DNA of 64,000 bases. It comes from Podospora anserina (taxonomy: Eukaryota). The stretch lies in contig CM030337.1 in the NCBI GenBank assembly GCA_017654855.1, positions 1,550,001 to 1,614,000 of the forward strand. The letters are read 5' to 3'. This document shows, piece after piece, positions 37,917 through 50,125 of the stretch (positions are counted from its first letter, which is position 1; each line of letters starts with the position of its first letter). Below the pieces are notes generated by a model. It saw only the letters and a program-made list of their open reading frames with translations, was not told the DNA's origin and made no database searches. Position numbers and translations under genes: made by a program.

Positions 37917-39550
37917 TCACTCATGCCCCCCATCACTCGAGACCGACACCGAGCAGCAAGCCAACTTCTCACACATGCCGCCCCCACAAGAAATCTGACA
38001 TCCCGTTGGTAAAAGCGGTGCCCTAACCAGCTCTGGCTGGAGTGTGACCGAGTGTATACCATAGGCATGAAGACATTCACTAATCGTCTTTGCCCTGTCC
38101 ATAAACTTGGCCATATCCGGGTCAGAAACGACAACGTGTGCCGAGGCGATGGATTTCTCTTCGTTAAGTCTCCAGACGTGGAGCTCGTGGACAGCGAGAA
38201 CGCCGGGAATCTATGCAGCGTGTTAGTGCGCACCCGTCTTCTTTGCTGGGGGCAAGATGTCTTGCCTTCATAATATCGTGCTTGATATCCACGAGAATGA
38301 CCCCAGCAGGTGCACTTTGTAAAAGAATGGTGCCGGACTCCCTCAAAATTGGAATTGCTGTGCAGAAGATGAGAGCTGCGATGCCCAAGCTGATGGCTGG
38401 ATCGGCGTAGTATTTAGGGTCGAATTCATTCGTCGTGTCGGGGCGAACATATTGTATGATGGCTGCCGCAATCATGACGCCCAGATTCCCAGCAATATCC
38501 CCTAAGACGTGGAACTTGGCGGCGAGCATGTTGAGATCTCCTAATGGCGCCTTGCCGATGTGTACAATGTGCCGATGTTCGGAGTGGGAATCGGTAGCAG
38601 CTATTGGCGATGTCGTCCCGTCGGCCTCAATATCGACGCATGATGCTTTCGGTGATGGTAAGTTGAGAACTGTTGCACTGCTGGTAGTGGTGCCTCCATT
38701 CTTTAGGAGTTCGGCATCACCGCCCTTCTTACAGGGTGAAGTAAGGTCATGTCTGTGGTGATGATCGCCACGAGGGACTTCATCGGTTTGTTTGCTGTGT
38801 TCATGTTCATGCCCATGCCCATGCCCATGCCCGTGTCCGTGAGAATGGCTGTGGCCGTGGCCGTGACCGTGGTTGTGTTCTGCACCAAATTCTATCAGCC
38901 TCCCATCTAGGTCCTTCAAAAATTCTGTTGTTCTTACCATGTAGAAAGGCAAAGCTGACGAGGTTCAGGGCGAGACCTACGCCACCCACTATCAAGACCA
39001 GTTTGGGTTCTTCGACTTTCTCCATCTTTATAAAGCGCTCGATGGACTGGAATAAAATACTGAGCGCTAAAGCGAACAAAAAGGATCCATTGAAAAAGGC
39101 GCCAAGCAGCGTAGATCGCTGCCAGCCGAAAGATAGCTCTTGAGGCGAGCCACTGCGCTCAGATACCTGCGAAGAGAAAGGTCAGCCGTAGGGCTTCATG
39201 AGGATGTATACAAATGAGTGTGACGTACAACAATGGCGACCAGAGTCACCACATAGCCGAGTAGATCATTTAGCTGGAGATTTCGTGTCAGCAACCGGTC
39301 TATGCAACTCTCTTCTGCAAAGACCCGTAGATCTATACATACGTAGTGAATGGCATCAGCGTAGAGTGCCAAACTACTAGTTTTGAAGGCGACTGTGTGA
39401 TACAGGGTTAGTCGGACAGCGTCATCTGATGTTGCTCAAGGTTCGAGTGCGTTGTCAATGCCTACCAACAAGCTCACACACGAAGAAAGCGGTCGAGATG
39501 GCGATAATAATCGACACTCTTGTCCTCTTGCTGAGTTTCCTGGTCGCCAT
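37917..39550 (-). CDS. Cation diffusion facilitator (ZRC1/COT1-like Zn transporter), 438 aa; exons 39550..39466, 39392..39343, 39273..39229, 39166..38938, 38879..38266, 38210..37917
   Basis: TM2 ADAIHYLND and TM5 FHVLGD (HxxxD pairs), SFGWQR..LGAFFNG, a His-rich loop (HG)n, and C-terminal VHELHVW and HSVTLQPE. Four GT-AG introns and one GC-AG intron give a continuous frame. Confidence 0.9.
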
Positions 39551-40948
39551 GATAGATTATTCGGGGACTGGGCTGGCGAAGAGTAGTGTGAGCAAACTGA
39601 CAGCAGAAGAAAAGTAGCAGAAGGAAGCTCTCGCTGACAGCAAACTGATGCGTGTGATATCAAGACACCGCAGTAGGCGGGGCAAACAATGCCAATGTCT
39701 CTGGTGTTTGCGACTTTGCGACCTGTGGACCTCTCGTTGCCATGAAGCATGGACCAGGAAGCTGGCTCAACAGATAAATGTTCAATCTTGCAGGATTGAA
39801 GAGCACCGTATGGCCAGGAAGCTGAGAGTAGATCTGTCGATTTTGCATCTGCAGTCACTTGAATGAGTGACTGTCTAGCTCGCACGGCCTTAGTGCTGCA
39901 CAGGAGCATTCGACCTTAAGAGCATGCAGGGTGAGGTGTGTTGCGTGTTGCAGATGGCAGCCGGACCGGTAAGTTGGGACGCCCGGTGTCTGCGAGAGAC
40001 TCCGAGCAAGATACTGAGGTGAGATAAAGTATGACGTGGTAATGTGTGAGCGTGTACACAGAAGAGGAGGATCCTCAACTCCGAGAGCGGGAGCAGGTGG
40101 CCGCCCAGAGAGCAGAGAAATGAAGACCAGTGGTTCAGAGAGGGAATGTCGGCCATATCAATGAATAATTTGGTGCAAGAAGAAGCTGGATTTAATTAGC
40201 GCCAAATGGCATCAAGCTTCAAATTGACCGGATGGTGGCTTGCTTTCAAGTGGGCAGCCGCTGTCAGTGCATGTGCCTCATCCACGTTTCCCTCTTGAGG
40301 AAGTAGCAACTGCGGCAACTGAATGCTGCCTAAGAAAATGAAGAGATGTCTCCCTAGTTCTAAAGAGTGCCATTGCTTCGAGAACAGATCCAAGACAAGA
40401 TCACAAATGTCCGGAGCATGCCATCTCTTATTCTTGTCCTTGGTGTCTCTCAGGCCACAAGATAACTAACTGGACAGAAATGTTACACAGTCACCAAGCT
40501 GTACAACAACATCGGCACACCGAAAAAGCGACCGGATACCGGACAATTTGTAAGACTGATTCGATTCAGTGCCGAGGGATTGCTCTTGCCCGGGGTGATG
40601 TAATTCTGGAATTCTGGAGGTGAGGTTTGGAGATGAAAAGCAATCACCAATCAAATCCCAGCAACAGCCACACCCAGCTGTTCCCGGCAGGCACCACATT
40701 TGCAGGGATGTGGATCGCGGGGGACAGGGGAATGGGTCATTGCGCTAACTCTATTGAGAAGGCGGGGAAATAATCCTGGATTTTGCCAACGATAGCTCAC
40801 GTCAACACCGTTTACAGGCGCTGAAGGTCGGACGGACAATGCGAAATGCAAATGCGACAGCTTTTTCGACGACGATACGAAGACATGATTTTTCGACGGC
40901 GAAAAGAGCAACCATAACCCTACAATCTCAATTTGATGAGAAAGCTCA

Positions 40949-43900
40949 ATGTCGTGGAGAACCGCCTCGGCCGGCGCGCCGGGGCCTGCAAAAGGCGCTC
41001 AGGGTTGGCCGTCCCACCTTCGCCAGTTCAGTAAAGCCAGCGCAGAGGAGCAACCGCATCTATATCCCAATCTCAATCCCCATTCACCGGCAGACACGAT
41101 CACTTCGAGCAGTTCGACGATTCGCGAGCGACCCCAGTCGGCGAAACGCCCAGGACGAAGATGGACCGTGACTGTCAACGAAGCGCTTTCCGGCGACGAA
41201 GTGTTGCTCAACTTTGAGCTGCTAGGGGACGATATCCAGCCAGGCAGCCTCGTGGCTATCGATGTGCTAAAGCCAGAAACCGAGAAACAGCATCACCCAG
41301 AACGCAGCAAAGATGACAGCTCTGCGGGTTGCAAGCCAAAGCGCTACATATGTATCGCCAAAGACTTGAATAAGGATTTCAGGGCTCGATACCCCATGGT
41401 CGAAGTCTATGTCGCCAAACATATCGCAGAAGCCTTTGGGGTGAGGAAGGGTACACAAGTTACTGTCGCTCCAGTATGATGCCCTTTTCAACTTTGTGGA
41501 TGGGAATTGTCCCTAACGAAGATCATTCCAGATTGACAGCACGAACCCGGCCGTTGAAGCATCTCACCTCGAGCTCTGCTTTAAAGATCAGTATCTTTCG
41601 CGAGCTGATATGTGGCGTATGGCAGTGGGAATGCTTTCAGAGCGGACCGTATACAAAGGACAGATGATCCTGTTCATGGGTACCGTCAAGGCGCAGGTCA
41701 CAGCTGTGTATGTTGACGGACGCCAAATTCATTCTGCCTTCTTCGGCCGCGACACAAAGCCCATATTCCGCAGCGAATCCGCTCGATATGTTCTTTTCAT
41801 CCAGATGTCCCGCGAGATGTGGGACTTTGACTCAGATGGTTCCGGCGAGATCATGTTTAACAAAGTGGTCAACGGGTTCCTGCCAGCGCTCTTCAAGAAG
41901 TGGGCAGCTATGAAGCTGAAGCATCTTGTCACCATCGTGTTGTTTGCACGCGTCGAGTACGACACGGGTATTTCGACTGAACTCGCCAATGACGCTGTTC
42001 AAAACCTTTACTACACCGGCATTCAGTCCTCTGGAAACCGCCGCCCATACAAGGACTTCTATAGGGTAGTCGTCAGTGAGATGGGCAGTGGTGAGTGGAC
42101 CAAAATCTTGCATCAGCTCAAGCGGGAGTTTAACTACTTCCGCAAGGACATCAGCACCCACCACATGGAGGCCATAACATGGTCACCCTTTCCTGGCTCG
42201 GATGATCCTGCGACTCGCGAGTCAACCCTCAACAGGATCAAAGCTGAAGCCTCTCGAGCGGTGCACGGAAACTTCCTTGAAGCCATCAACATGGCCTCTT
42301 CGTTGTACGCCCACGATTACATTGACAGAGACTTGACGAGGACCGGAGTGTCTGTTGTGGTCATTAGTCCCAGTCCTGGCGTTTTCGAGGTCGACTACGA
42401 CGCGCTTCGCCGAACGACTGAATCTCTTGTGGGTAATGGCATCGGCATTGACTTGATCTGCATACCAAAGATACCACTGCACTCTGTTCCGCTGTTTCGT
42501 TATCGTGCTCCTCAAAACTGGGAGCTCGCTCGCCAAAGGTCGAACCTGAACATGAGCAGCGGAAGTACCCCAAAGCAGACCAGTTCGGTGTTTGGGAGTT
42601 ACAGCAGTCAAGTAGGGTTATTTTCTCTTGGAAAAGGACTCGAAATGGCCCGCCGTGGTGAGCCTGTCGGTCAACGCTCCGCACAAGATGAATTTGTCTC
42701 CGCTGTGCCCCAGTGGCTTCATGTGTCATACTGGACGGGCGCGTCTGAAGAAGCACTTTCTTATCAGGGAATTGCTTTGTCGGTTTCGGACGCGCCTCAT
42801 GGTGACGCCGGAGACGAGTTCCCAATTCGATGTCGCATGTATGACTTGCAAATGCGAAGCGTGATGGAAACCAATGAGATCGAGACCCAGCCGCTGCACA
42901 TGGATCCATATTTTCCTCTGTCGGCGCTCCAGGTCACTCAGATCTCCCAACCGCACATCGATTCCGATGGGACGATATTTGTCAAGAACACCAAGGTGCC
43001 AGAGACTCTTTTTGAACACGTCTATGGCTTCCAGAAGTTTGTCCCTGATAGAAACAGCCAACATGCGGAACGATCACTGTGGAAACAACTGCAACAGTAT
43101 GACGACTCCAGGGCACGACTGCCAGCTTCCCGGAGGATTGCTGGTCCTCACAGGCATGGGCGTATGTACGAGTATGTCCCAAGAAAGCAAGTGTCGGAAG
43201 ATACCAGCCTGCTGAGTACCTCCTTTAGCGAGCGTCGTCCTTCCACTGCTATTCAACCCACAATTCCTGGGCTTTCTCAATTTCATAGGCAGAGCTCTGA
43301 CAGGTTGGAGGTCCCGTCTTCCTTGTCGACCAACCGTAAAAGTCCTGCTGGGTCTAGTAAGGCCAGCAGCACAGCTACTTCGTCTCCCACCAAGGCCCCT
43401 AAGTTCATGCGACAGATCAGCCGTTCGAGTGCGGGTTTTAAGATAGCCGCTCCTAAGGCAGCCGTCGCAGAATTGAGCGTCCAGAGTGTTGAGGCCTCGC
43501 GGCCCTCGGGTCCACACGATCACAGGATGGGCAATGCTCGCGGAGATCAACGGCCAATGTCTTCGGACAAGACAAGAATGGGCTCGCCTTTGTTCAACCA
43601 AGGCATTTTCTCCTCTCACACGTTTGCACAGGGGCACCTGTCTCCTGGAGATTCGGGCAGCAAGCCGATCCTGATCAGAAACCAACAGCCGAGTGGTGTC
43701 AGCATGGCCAATTCGATTCTGGCCTCAACACTGCGCCCAAATCCTATTCGCCTCGACCGGGACATAAAAAAGTCCAATGCCATCCGGAACGACGATGCTA
43801 ATCGGCTTAACAAATCCAAACTATTGGCGGATGCCATGCCGGAGTTGCCAACCACTTTGTCTCCCACCACAGCTCTGAACCCGTGGCTGACAATCCTGAA

Positions 43901-46760
43901 CCCGTCCAATACCAAACCTGAGGATGTGAACATGGCTTCTCTGTACAGCCGCTGGCAGCACGTATTTCCAAGACCCGCCGAAATGAGAGTCATGAAGTGG
44001 AAGTCGTTGTGTTCTCCGGCTGCTGTCCCACTTACGTCTGAGTACTTCCCCACAAAGGCTCAGTTTGAGTCAGAGTACCAGCGCCAGCCTTACAATGTGT
44101 CACAAAATGTGGACGACGAGCTGTCCGAGGAACCAAGGTCGCGTGACGACTTGCTGCGAGAGTTGATTAGTTTGCGCTTTTGCCAGGGATTCCAAATCAT
44201 CGTCGGTCCAGCGGTTGCGAAGGCTTTCGGCCAGAAACAACTCAAGGTTGCTGATGTCTTCTCCAGAGACCACATGATGGAAGATGGCACGAGCATTTTC
44301 ATGTCGGCTGGTAATACCATACATCAGCTGTCGTGTGTCAACGGGACCGAAGTGGAAGTCAATATCTTTGTTCGAAAGCCGACGGAAAGTTCTCCGCAGG
44401 TTTATGACGGGGCATTATCGAGGTACAAGCCGGCCATTCGGACACTGTTGGATCAACGCTACAGGACAAGCGAGTTTGATCTTGTGACGCCCAACTCAGA
44501 GCGGAACTGGAATTACATTGATGCTTTTGTCGCTGGCCACAATGACGAACTGACGGAGCATCTGAGGTTCTGGCGTGCGAGATTCGTTTTGATCCCTATT
44601 ACGGGCAGACACGCATCGCTACCCCGGGCACAGAGCGGAGATAGTGACGAGGAGATTCGTATTGAGGGGATCCGCAAGCTTGCTCAGTTGTGGCAGAGGT
44701 ACCGATACGTTCCTCCGAATGAAAGACGGCTCCAAGGTCCGGGCCAGCGGAAGAAGAAGGAGGCCAATCCTCTTGATATTGTTTACAAGACCGAGGATCC
44801 ATCTGTGGTCATTGCGGCCGAACTCGAGACATTGCCTTTGCTGGAAGGTGTGGACCGCAAGGGAGGGTTAGTGAGAAGAGGGGAGCAGTTTTCAAAGAAG
44901 AACTTTAGCTTGGCTGCTCTGGCGGAGGCTATACAGCAACCAGTGGAACAAGGTGGTGTCCGTATGCAGAACCGCAGATGGCATTTGCGCCTGCATTACA
45001 ACTGCTTCATCGGTTCTGACATGACGAGTTGGCTTCTAGACAACTTTGAGGATCTTGAGGACCGGGAAGAGGCAGAGGCTCTAGGTAATCGTCTCATGGT
45101 ATCTGACGACAAGGAGAAAGACAAAGAGGGCAACAAGAAAGAGAGCGGAGGCCTATTCGTGCACGTTGAGAAGCGCCATTCGTTTAGGGACGGGCAGTAC
45201 TTTTACCAGATCAGCAGCGAATACGCAAAGCCTCAGCCCAGTTGGTTCAAGCGAACCCAACAGTTCTCCATACCGACAACGCCCATGTCAGAGAACATGC
45301 CTCGGGATTTACGGGTTGGCATCTCGAGACCGACTTCTATCCATGAAGAGAATTCTTCAACCTCTGGCGCTTCAACACCAACGGCACCACCCACTGTCAT
45401 CGGCGGCAAGAAGCCCAAAGTTGTTCTCAGCAAGTCTATCAAGTACGACGTCGACCATCGCAAAAAGTCCTACCGGCCCGAGATTGTCGAACTTCATTAC
45501 GACCGCCTCCACAACCCAGACAACTGTTACCATATCCGCGTCGACTGGATGAACGTCACTGCCAAGCTCATCGAAGACGCCGTTGAGAACTGGGCAAGGG
45601 AAGCAGCCCAGTACGGTCTCCGACTGGTTGAAGTCCCCATAGCAGAAGCCTGCTCGATCAGCTACATCAACCCCTTCCGCCGACCCTACATCATGAAACT
45701 CGCCCTCCCACCACCCGACCAGTCACCCGTCACATATTATGACTCTAATTCCTTCACCCCCTCCGCCCAGCCTGGGAAGCATTTCTACCAAAAGGCCATC
45801 CTGCGCAAATTCGACTTTGTCCTCGACGTCGAAGCAGCATCCAACTTTCCCTCCAACGTAGACGTGTCCTACTCGTGGGGAAAGCCAGACTTCAGATATA
45901 CCCAGTACATCCACCGGTCGGGGTCTGTCCTGGCGCAAATCACAGACGAGGGGGATCTTCTCTTGTTGGCAAACAGGTTGTATAGCAGCCGAGCTGCTGC
46001 CGCCAGGGAGAGGGAGATGCAGAGGGAACTCCGGACGGAGCACCCTGCCCTCGGTGTGAACAGTGCCGTCGCCACGCCTGGTGGTGTTCCGGGACGGGCG
46101 ATGACGCCGCTGGGTGGTTACCCGGCGTTTAACCTCCCCACTCCGAGTGGGGGAATTAGTTCGGAGCCGGTGACGTCTTCTCCGTCGATTAAACCGGGTT
46201 TTTTGTCGCCTATCATTCGACCTGTTGGGGCAACGGCGATGAGTAACCCGCCTTCTGCTGGGGGTGGAGGGGGTAGTGCGTTTGGTACACCGGGGATATT
46301 GCAAAAGGGGCCGGGGTGGAGCTGGACGGGGCAGGAGCCGGAGATGGTGAAGGATGAGCTGGAGAGGTTTTGTAGGGATACGGGGGCATTGGACCAGTTT
46401 TATCGGGAGCAGCGGATGGCTGCTGTTGTCAGGGAGGCGGGCGGGGGGGTTAGTGCTGGGGGTATTGGGGCTGTTGGGGGGGGAGTTGTTGGGGCGGGGG
46501 GGGTGGGGAGTACGCCGGTGGCGGAGGGGAATATTCCTGTTATTGGGCTGCCGGGAAATATTATTGGGAGCGTTGGGGGGGAGAGTGGTAGTGGGGCAGT
46601 GGGAATGGGGATGGGAATCAGTCCGAGGGTGGGGAGCCCGGCTTTTATGATGGGGGCGGGGGAGAGGTTTTTGAGACGGGGGAGTGTGCAGATTGCGGGG
46701 GGGTTGGAGGGGTTGAGGATGACGGGGAAGGGGGAGGGGAAGGGGGATTGGGGGGGATAA
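40949..46760 (+). CDS. IML1: Vacuolar membrane-associated protein Iml1 (SEA1/DEPDC5; SEACIT/GATOR1 subunit), about 1917 aa; exons 40949..41473 and 41532..46760
   Basis: Intron 41474..41531 (GTATGA, CTAAC, CAG). Motifs [61 protein letters not shown] domain [11 protein letters not shown], and QYIHRSG. Confidence 0.95.
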
Positions 46761-47339
46761 GTAAAGGAGGGATAGGATATGATCGGAGGGGAAACCCGGG
46801 ATAGGGAGCTGGCGATTTGTCTGTGAGTTTAGGGCGAGGGGTGGTTTGGATTGTTGGGGTGGCATGTGATAGTCTGAGGATTAATTAAGAAATATATCCG
46901 AAGGTATCTCAGGTATATAAAAATGACTTTAGTAGGCGAGGAAAAGCCCTTTACGATCACTTCTCCATGATTTCGGTACGATTGCTTAGTCCTTGAGACC
47001 CCTTAATATTATCTATGTGAGGTATGCTACCTAGGTAGGTTTGTCCCCGACGTGTGTGTCTCTAATGATGCCCTGCCCCTTCCCTTGTCGGGGGGCTCTA
47101 GGCAGGCGGTGTTAACGTGCGGCGATGGTGGAGAGACTGCCCGTTTGGTAGTCACATTGTTGGGGGCTGGATGAAGCCACCGCTTGAACGACGATATCTC
47201 TAGGTACCCTTACCACGTTCGCAGGCGGGGACGTGGCCTACGGTGGTGTGTGTGCGCTTTGAGACGTGCATGATCGAGCGGTTGCGCGCGCGTGTGTGTA
47301 TATGAGTGTCCATTGCGGTGGATATCTGGAGAAGTCAAG

Positions 47340-48760
47340 TAGAAGAGGTGCGGCTGTTTGCTTGGTTGGTCACTTGATGATGGTGGATGAGGTAGAAGAG
47401 TATTTTGGATGATATAATACCTCTGAGAATGTTGCCTTTGAGACGATATGATGCTCGGATGATGAGATATGTCTTTGAGATGAGAGGTTTTTTCGGAATG
47501 AGAGGGAGCTCATGATATTGTCTAAATAAATCCATCGGTATCTACCCGGGTGTATTGATATTTTGAGTAAAAGGATCTTGAACACCTTCCCACTTCATAG
47601 CCTTCGACAAACCAAGTTAAGTCAAGTCAAATATTAGGTCAGATTTGACTTGTTTGACTTGGTGCCTACCTACCTTGGCACTGGTGTTTTTGAGACGAGT
47701 CCCATCTTTGGAAGATGGAGATCTTTAGGATGGGTAGTATCTTGGGAGACGATGACCTTAGAGAAACTATCATCACTCAAGGCTTTAACTTCCAATCCTA
47801 AGTTTGTGGCTGCTTTTAAGTTTAAACCAGAGATTGTTCATTATGTTTAACTGCGAAGCAGAGGCTAGGGGTTAAACAGATTTTAAGTTGAGAATCCGTC
47901 ACAAACAAAGACGCCTACATCCACGAAGAGACCTCACATCCTACCATATATAAGCCTCATCACTCCACTAGTTCCGTACCCTACACACTGCAAAGTCCGA
48001 TATATAAACCTACCTAATCCCAAGGTACCCAAATAGGGTTATGTAGGTATATCAAATCTATCAAGTCATCCAAATTCATCGGAAATCCAGATTCGCCAGA
48101 GTTTCAGCTACATCTGGTTTGCTTATTTGGACTTGTTTAGTATTAGCTTTGGCAGGTCTGATTGCCGGTTTGCAACTCAGACAACCTACCGGAAATGAAG
48201 CTTGGATAGCGTCTTAATAATGCTCGGATCTACCTCAAGAACGACAATGCGCCAATGCTGTTGTAGAAAATGACAGAGGTTTTGTTCATACTAAGACAGA
48301 GTCAATTATATATATAGATCTTCAAGCATAAAGGTACTCCTAAATATCTTCCTCAATCTTAACATATGTTTTAAAAAATGGAATGTCTTATAATATAACT
48401 TGTTTTATTTGTAGAATGATCTTGCAATTCTTGTTCAACGTTAAGAATAACCTTGATAAGTATTTTGTTAGGGAAGAGTCTGGTGGAAGAAGCCACAGTG
48501 GCACCCCAAAGTATAGGTGCAAGATAGTTGATTTGGCAGAAAACTGTGGTGTATAGAGAAGGCTATCCAACATGCATGTGTCTGTGCATCCCTGCCATTG
48601 GCATTGCTACTGCCATTGCGACTGCCTGGCCTCAACTTGCTTATCAGAGTCGTGGAATTATTTTACAATTAAAAGTAGCAGATATGTTGGAACTAACCAG
48701 GTGCCTATTTTCTAAACAACCCTTGGGGTGCTACGGTAGGTACTTAGTCTGAGTGTGAGG
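47340..48760. repeat. AT-rich degenerate repeat relic (probable decayed mobile-element fragments)
   Basis: AT- and TpA-rich with no credible ORF. Shares 12-33 nt blocks with 53673-53970 and 58287-58299. Boundaries are approximate. Confidence 0.5.
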
Positions 48761-50125
48761 AGAAATAAGGCAAGCCGTCTCTGTGAACCTCGGCCGCTTG
48801 GCTCAGGCATTGGTGAGGGTGAATCTGCTGTGGTTTGTGTCAGCCCCTGATTCTGGGTATCTAAGCTTAAACTGCTAACTGCTTTATTTGAGAGTTGATG
48901 TGATAGGTCAACAGTTACTCCAAGAGAAATGATAAGAGTGGAGTGTAAGCCAAGCTCTGTGGGATTGAGAGTTGTGAGAGTGAAAAGGACAAGCTTGTGG
49001 TGGACGCTTGAACCACGTCAACCCCAGATCGGCGCCAGGTGGCGCCCTTGGCAAAAGCTTGTTCCGACAGGGGTCACAAAAGTAGCAACGGTACCTGACT
49101 TACAGAAGAACTGTCCAATCATGGGGCGGTATTTGCTCCAAGAGCTTCACCAGGACGACAGACTTGCATGGATGGAGGGTTTGATGAATCTTATCGTTGG
49201 ATTCACCGTTGCACCGTTGGTCTGCAGGAGGACAGTGGAGTGGGAATACAAATCGGTTCTTTGAGAGACTGTGGGTGCGTGCGGTTGGGGGCCTCCAGGA
49301 AATGATCAGCTATGGGATGGATGGTGAGGTGAGGTGAGGGTTGACATCACTTCCTGCCGAGACCCAGCTCACATGAGAAACAGCGGCAGGTCACTCTTTC
49401 CCGGTATTGACTGTCATACTCCTCAGACCGAGAGTCTGCCTACATGCGTCGCCAAAACTTCGCTCATCACTGTCGCAGAAGCGCTGACATGAACCTCTGC
49501 GGACCGCCACCAACCTCGAGCTCTTGATATCTCATCCCGTCGCGATCCCTAGGCAACACCATCACATGGCAGTGCACTGCCCCTCCTCACCTCCACCCTC
49601 TTGATTCCGCGAAACAGCTGCTACTGCCACGACACCACTTATCAAACACACCTATCAACTCCGGATCATCAAGGTGCCCATTCGTCTTTGCATCTCATGC
49701 TTACGCCCTCATATCCTTACCGCTGTGTTTCGTGAAGTTTCACTCTGGCCAGAAGACCAGTTGACACCCTACAAGATCGGTCATTCGTGCGAGGCGGGGA
49801 GCACCAATCGCGCGCTTATCTACACGTCCTCTTTCGCACCTTCGTAGCCAACAGTCGCTCCTCGTTTCCTGTGCACCGCAATCAATCTTGAGAGGACGCT
49901 CCTCCTCACCAACAACCAAATCACCCTCCACCAACCGCCAATCGTGACAACACCCCACCACAAAGCCGTTGTGCCTCCCTTGCACGGCGCCACCGATTCA
50001 TCCTACCCAAACCACCGGGACCTCAAGCGGCGAGATTACGTCGTGAGCACGCCGACCAGCTCTAAAATACCAGATAAGCTTTCCGAGCCCCTCTCTCGAC
50101 CCACTTCACCGCAAGCGCGTGGACA

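Noticed and set aside
45723..46865. 380-aa antisense ORF over the IML1 3' end
   Set aside because: Explained by the G/T-rich codon skew, which leaves few stops on the opposite strand; Pro/His-rich with no recognisable domain.
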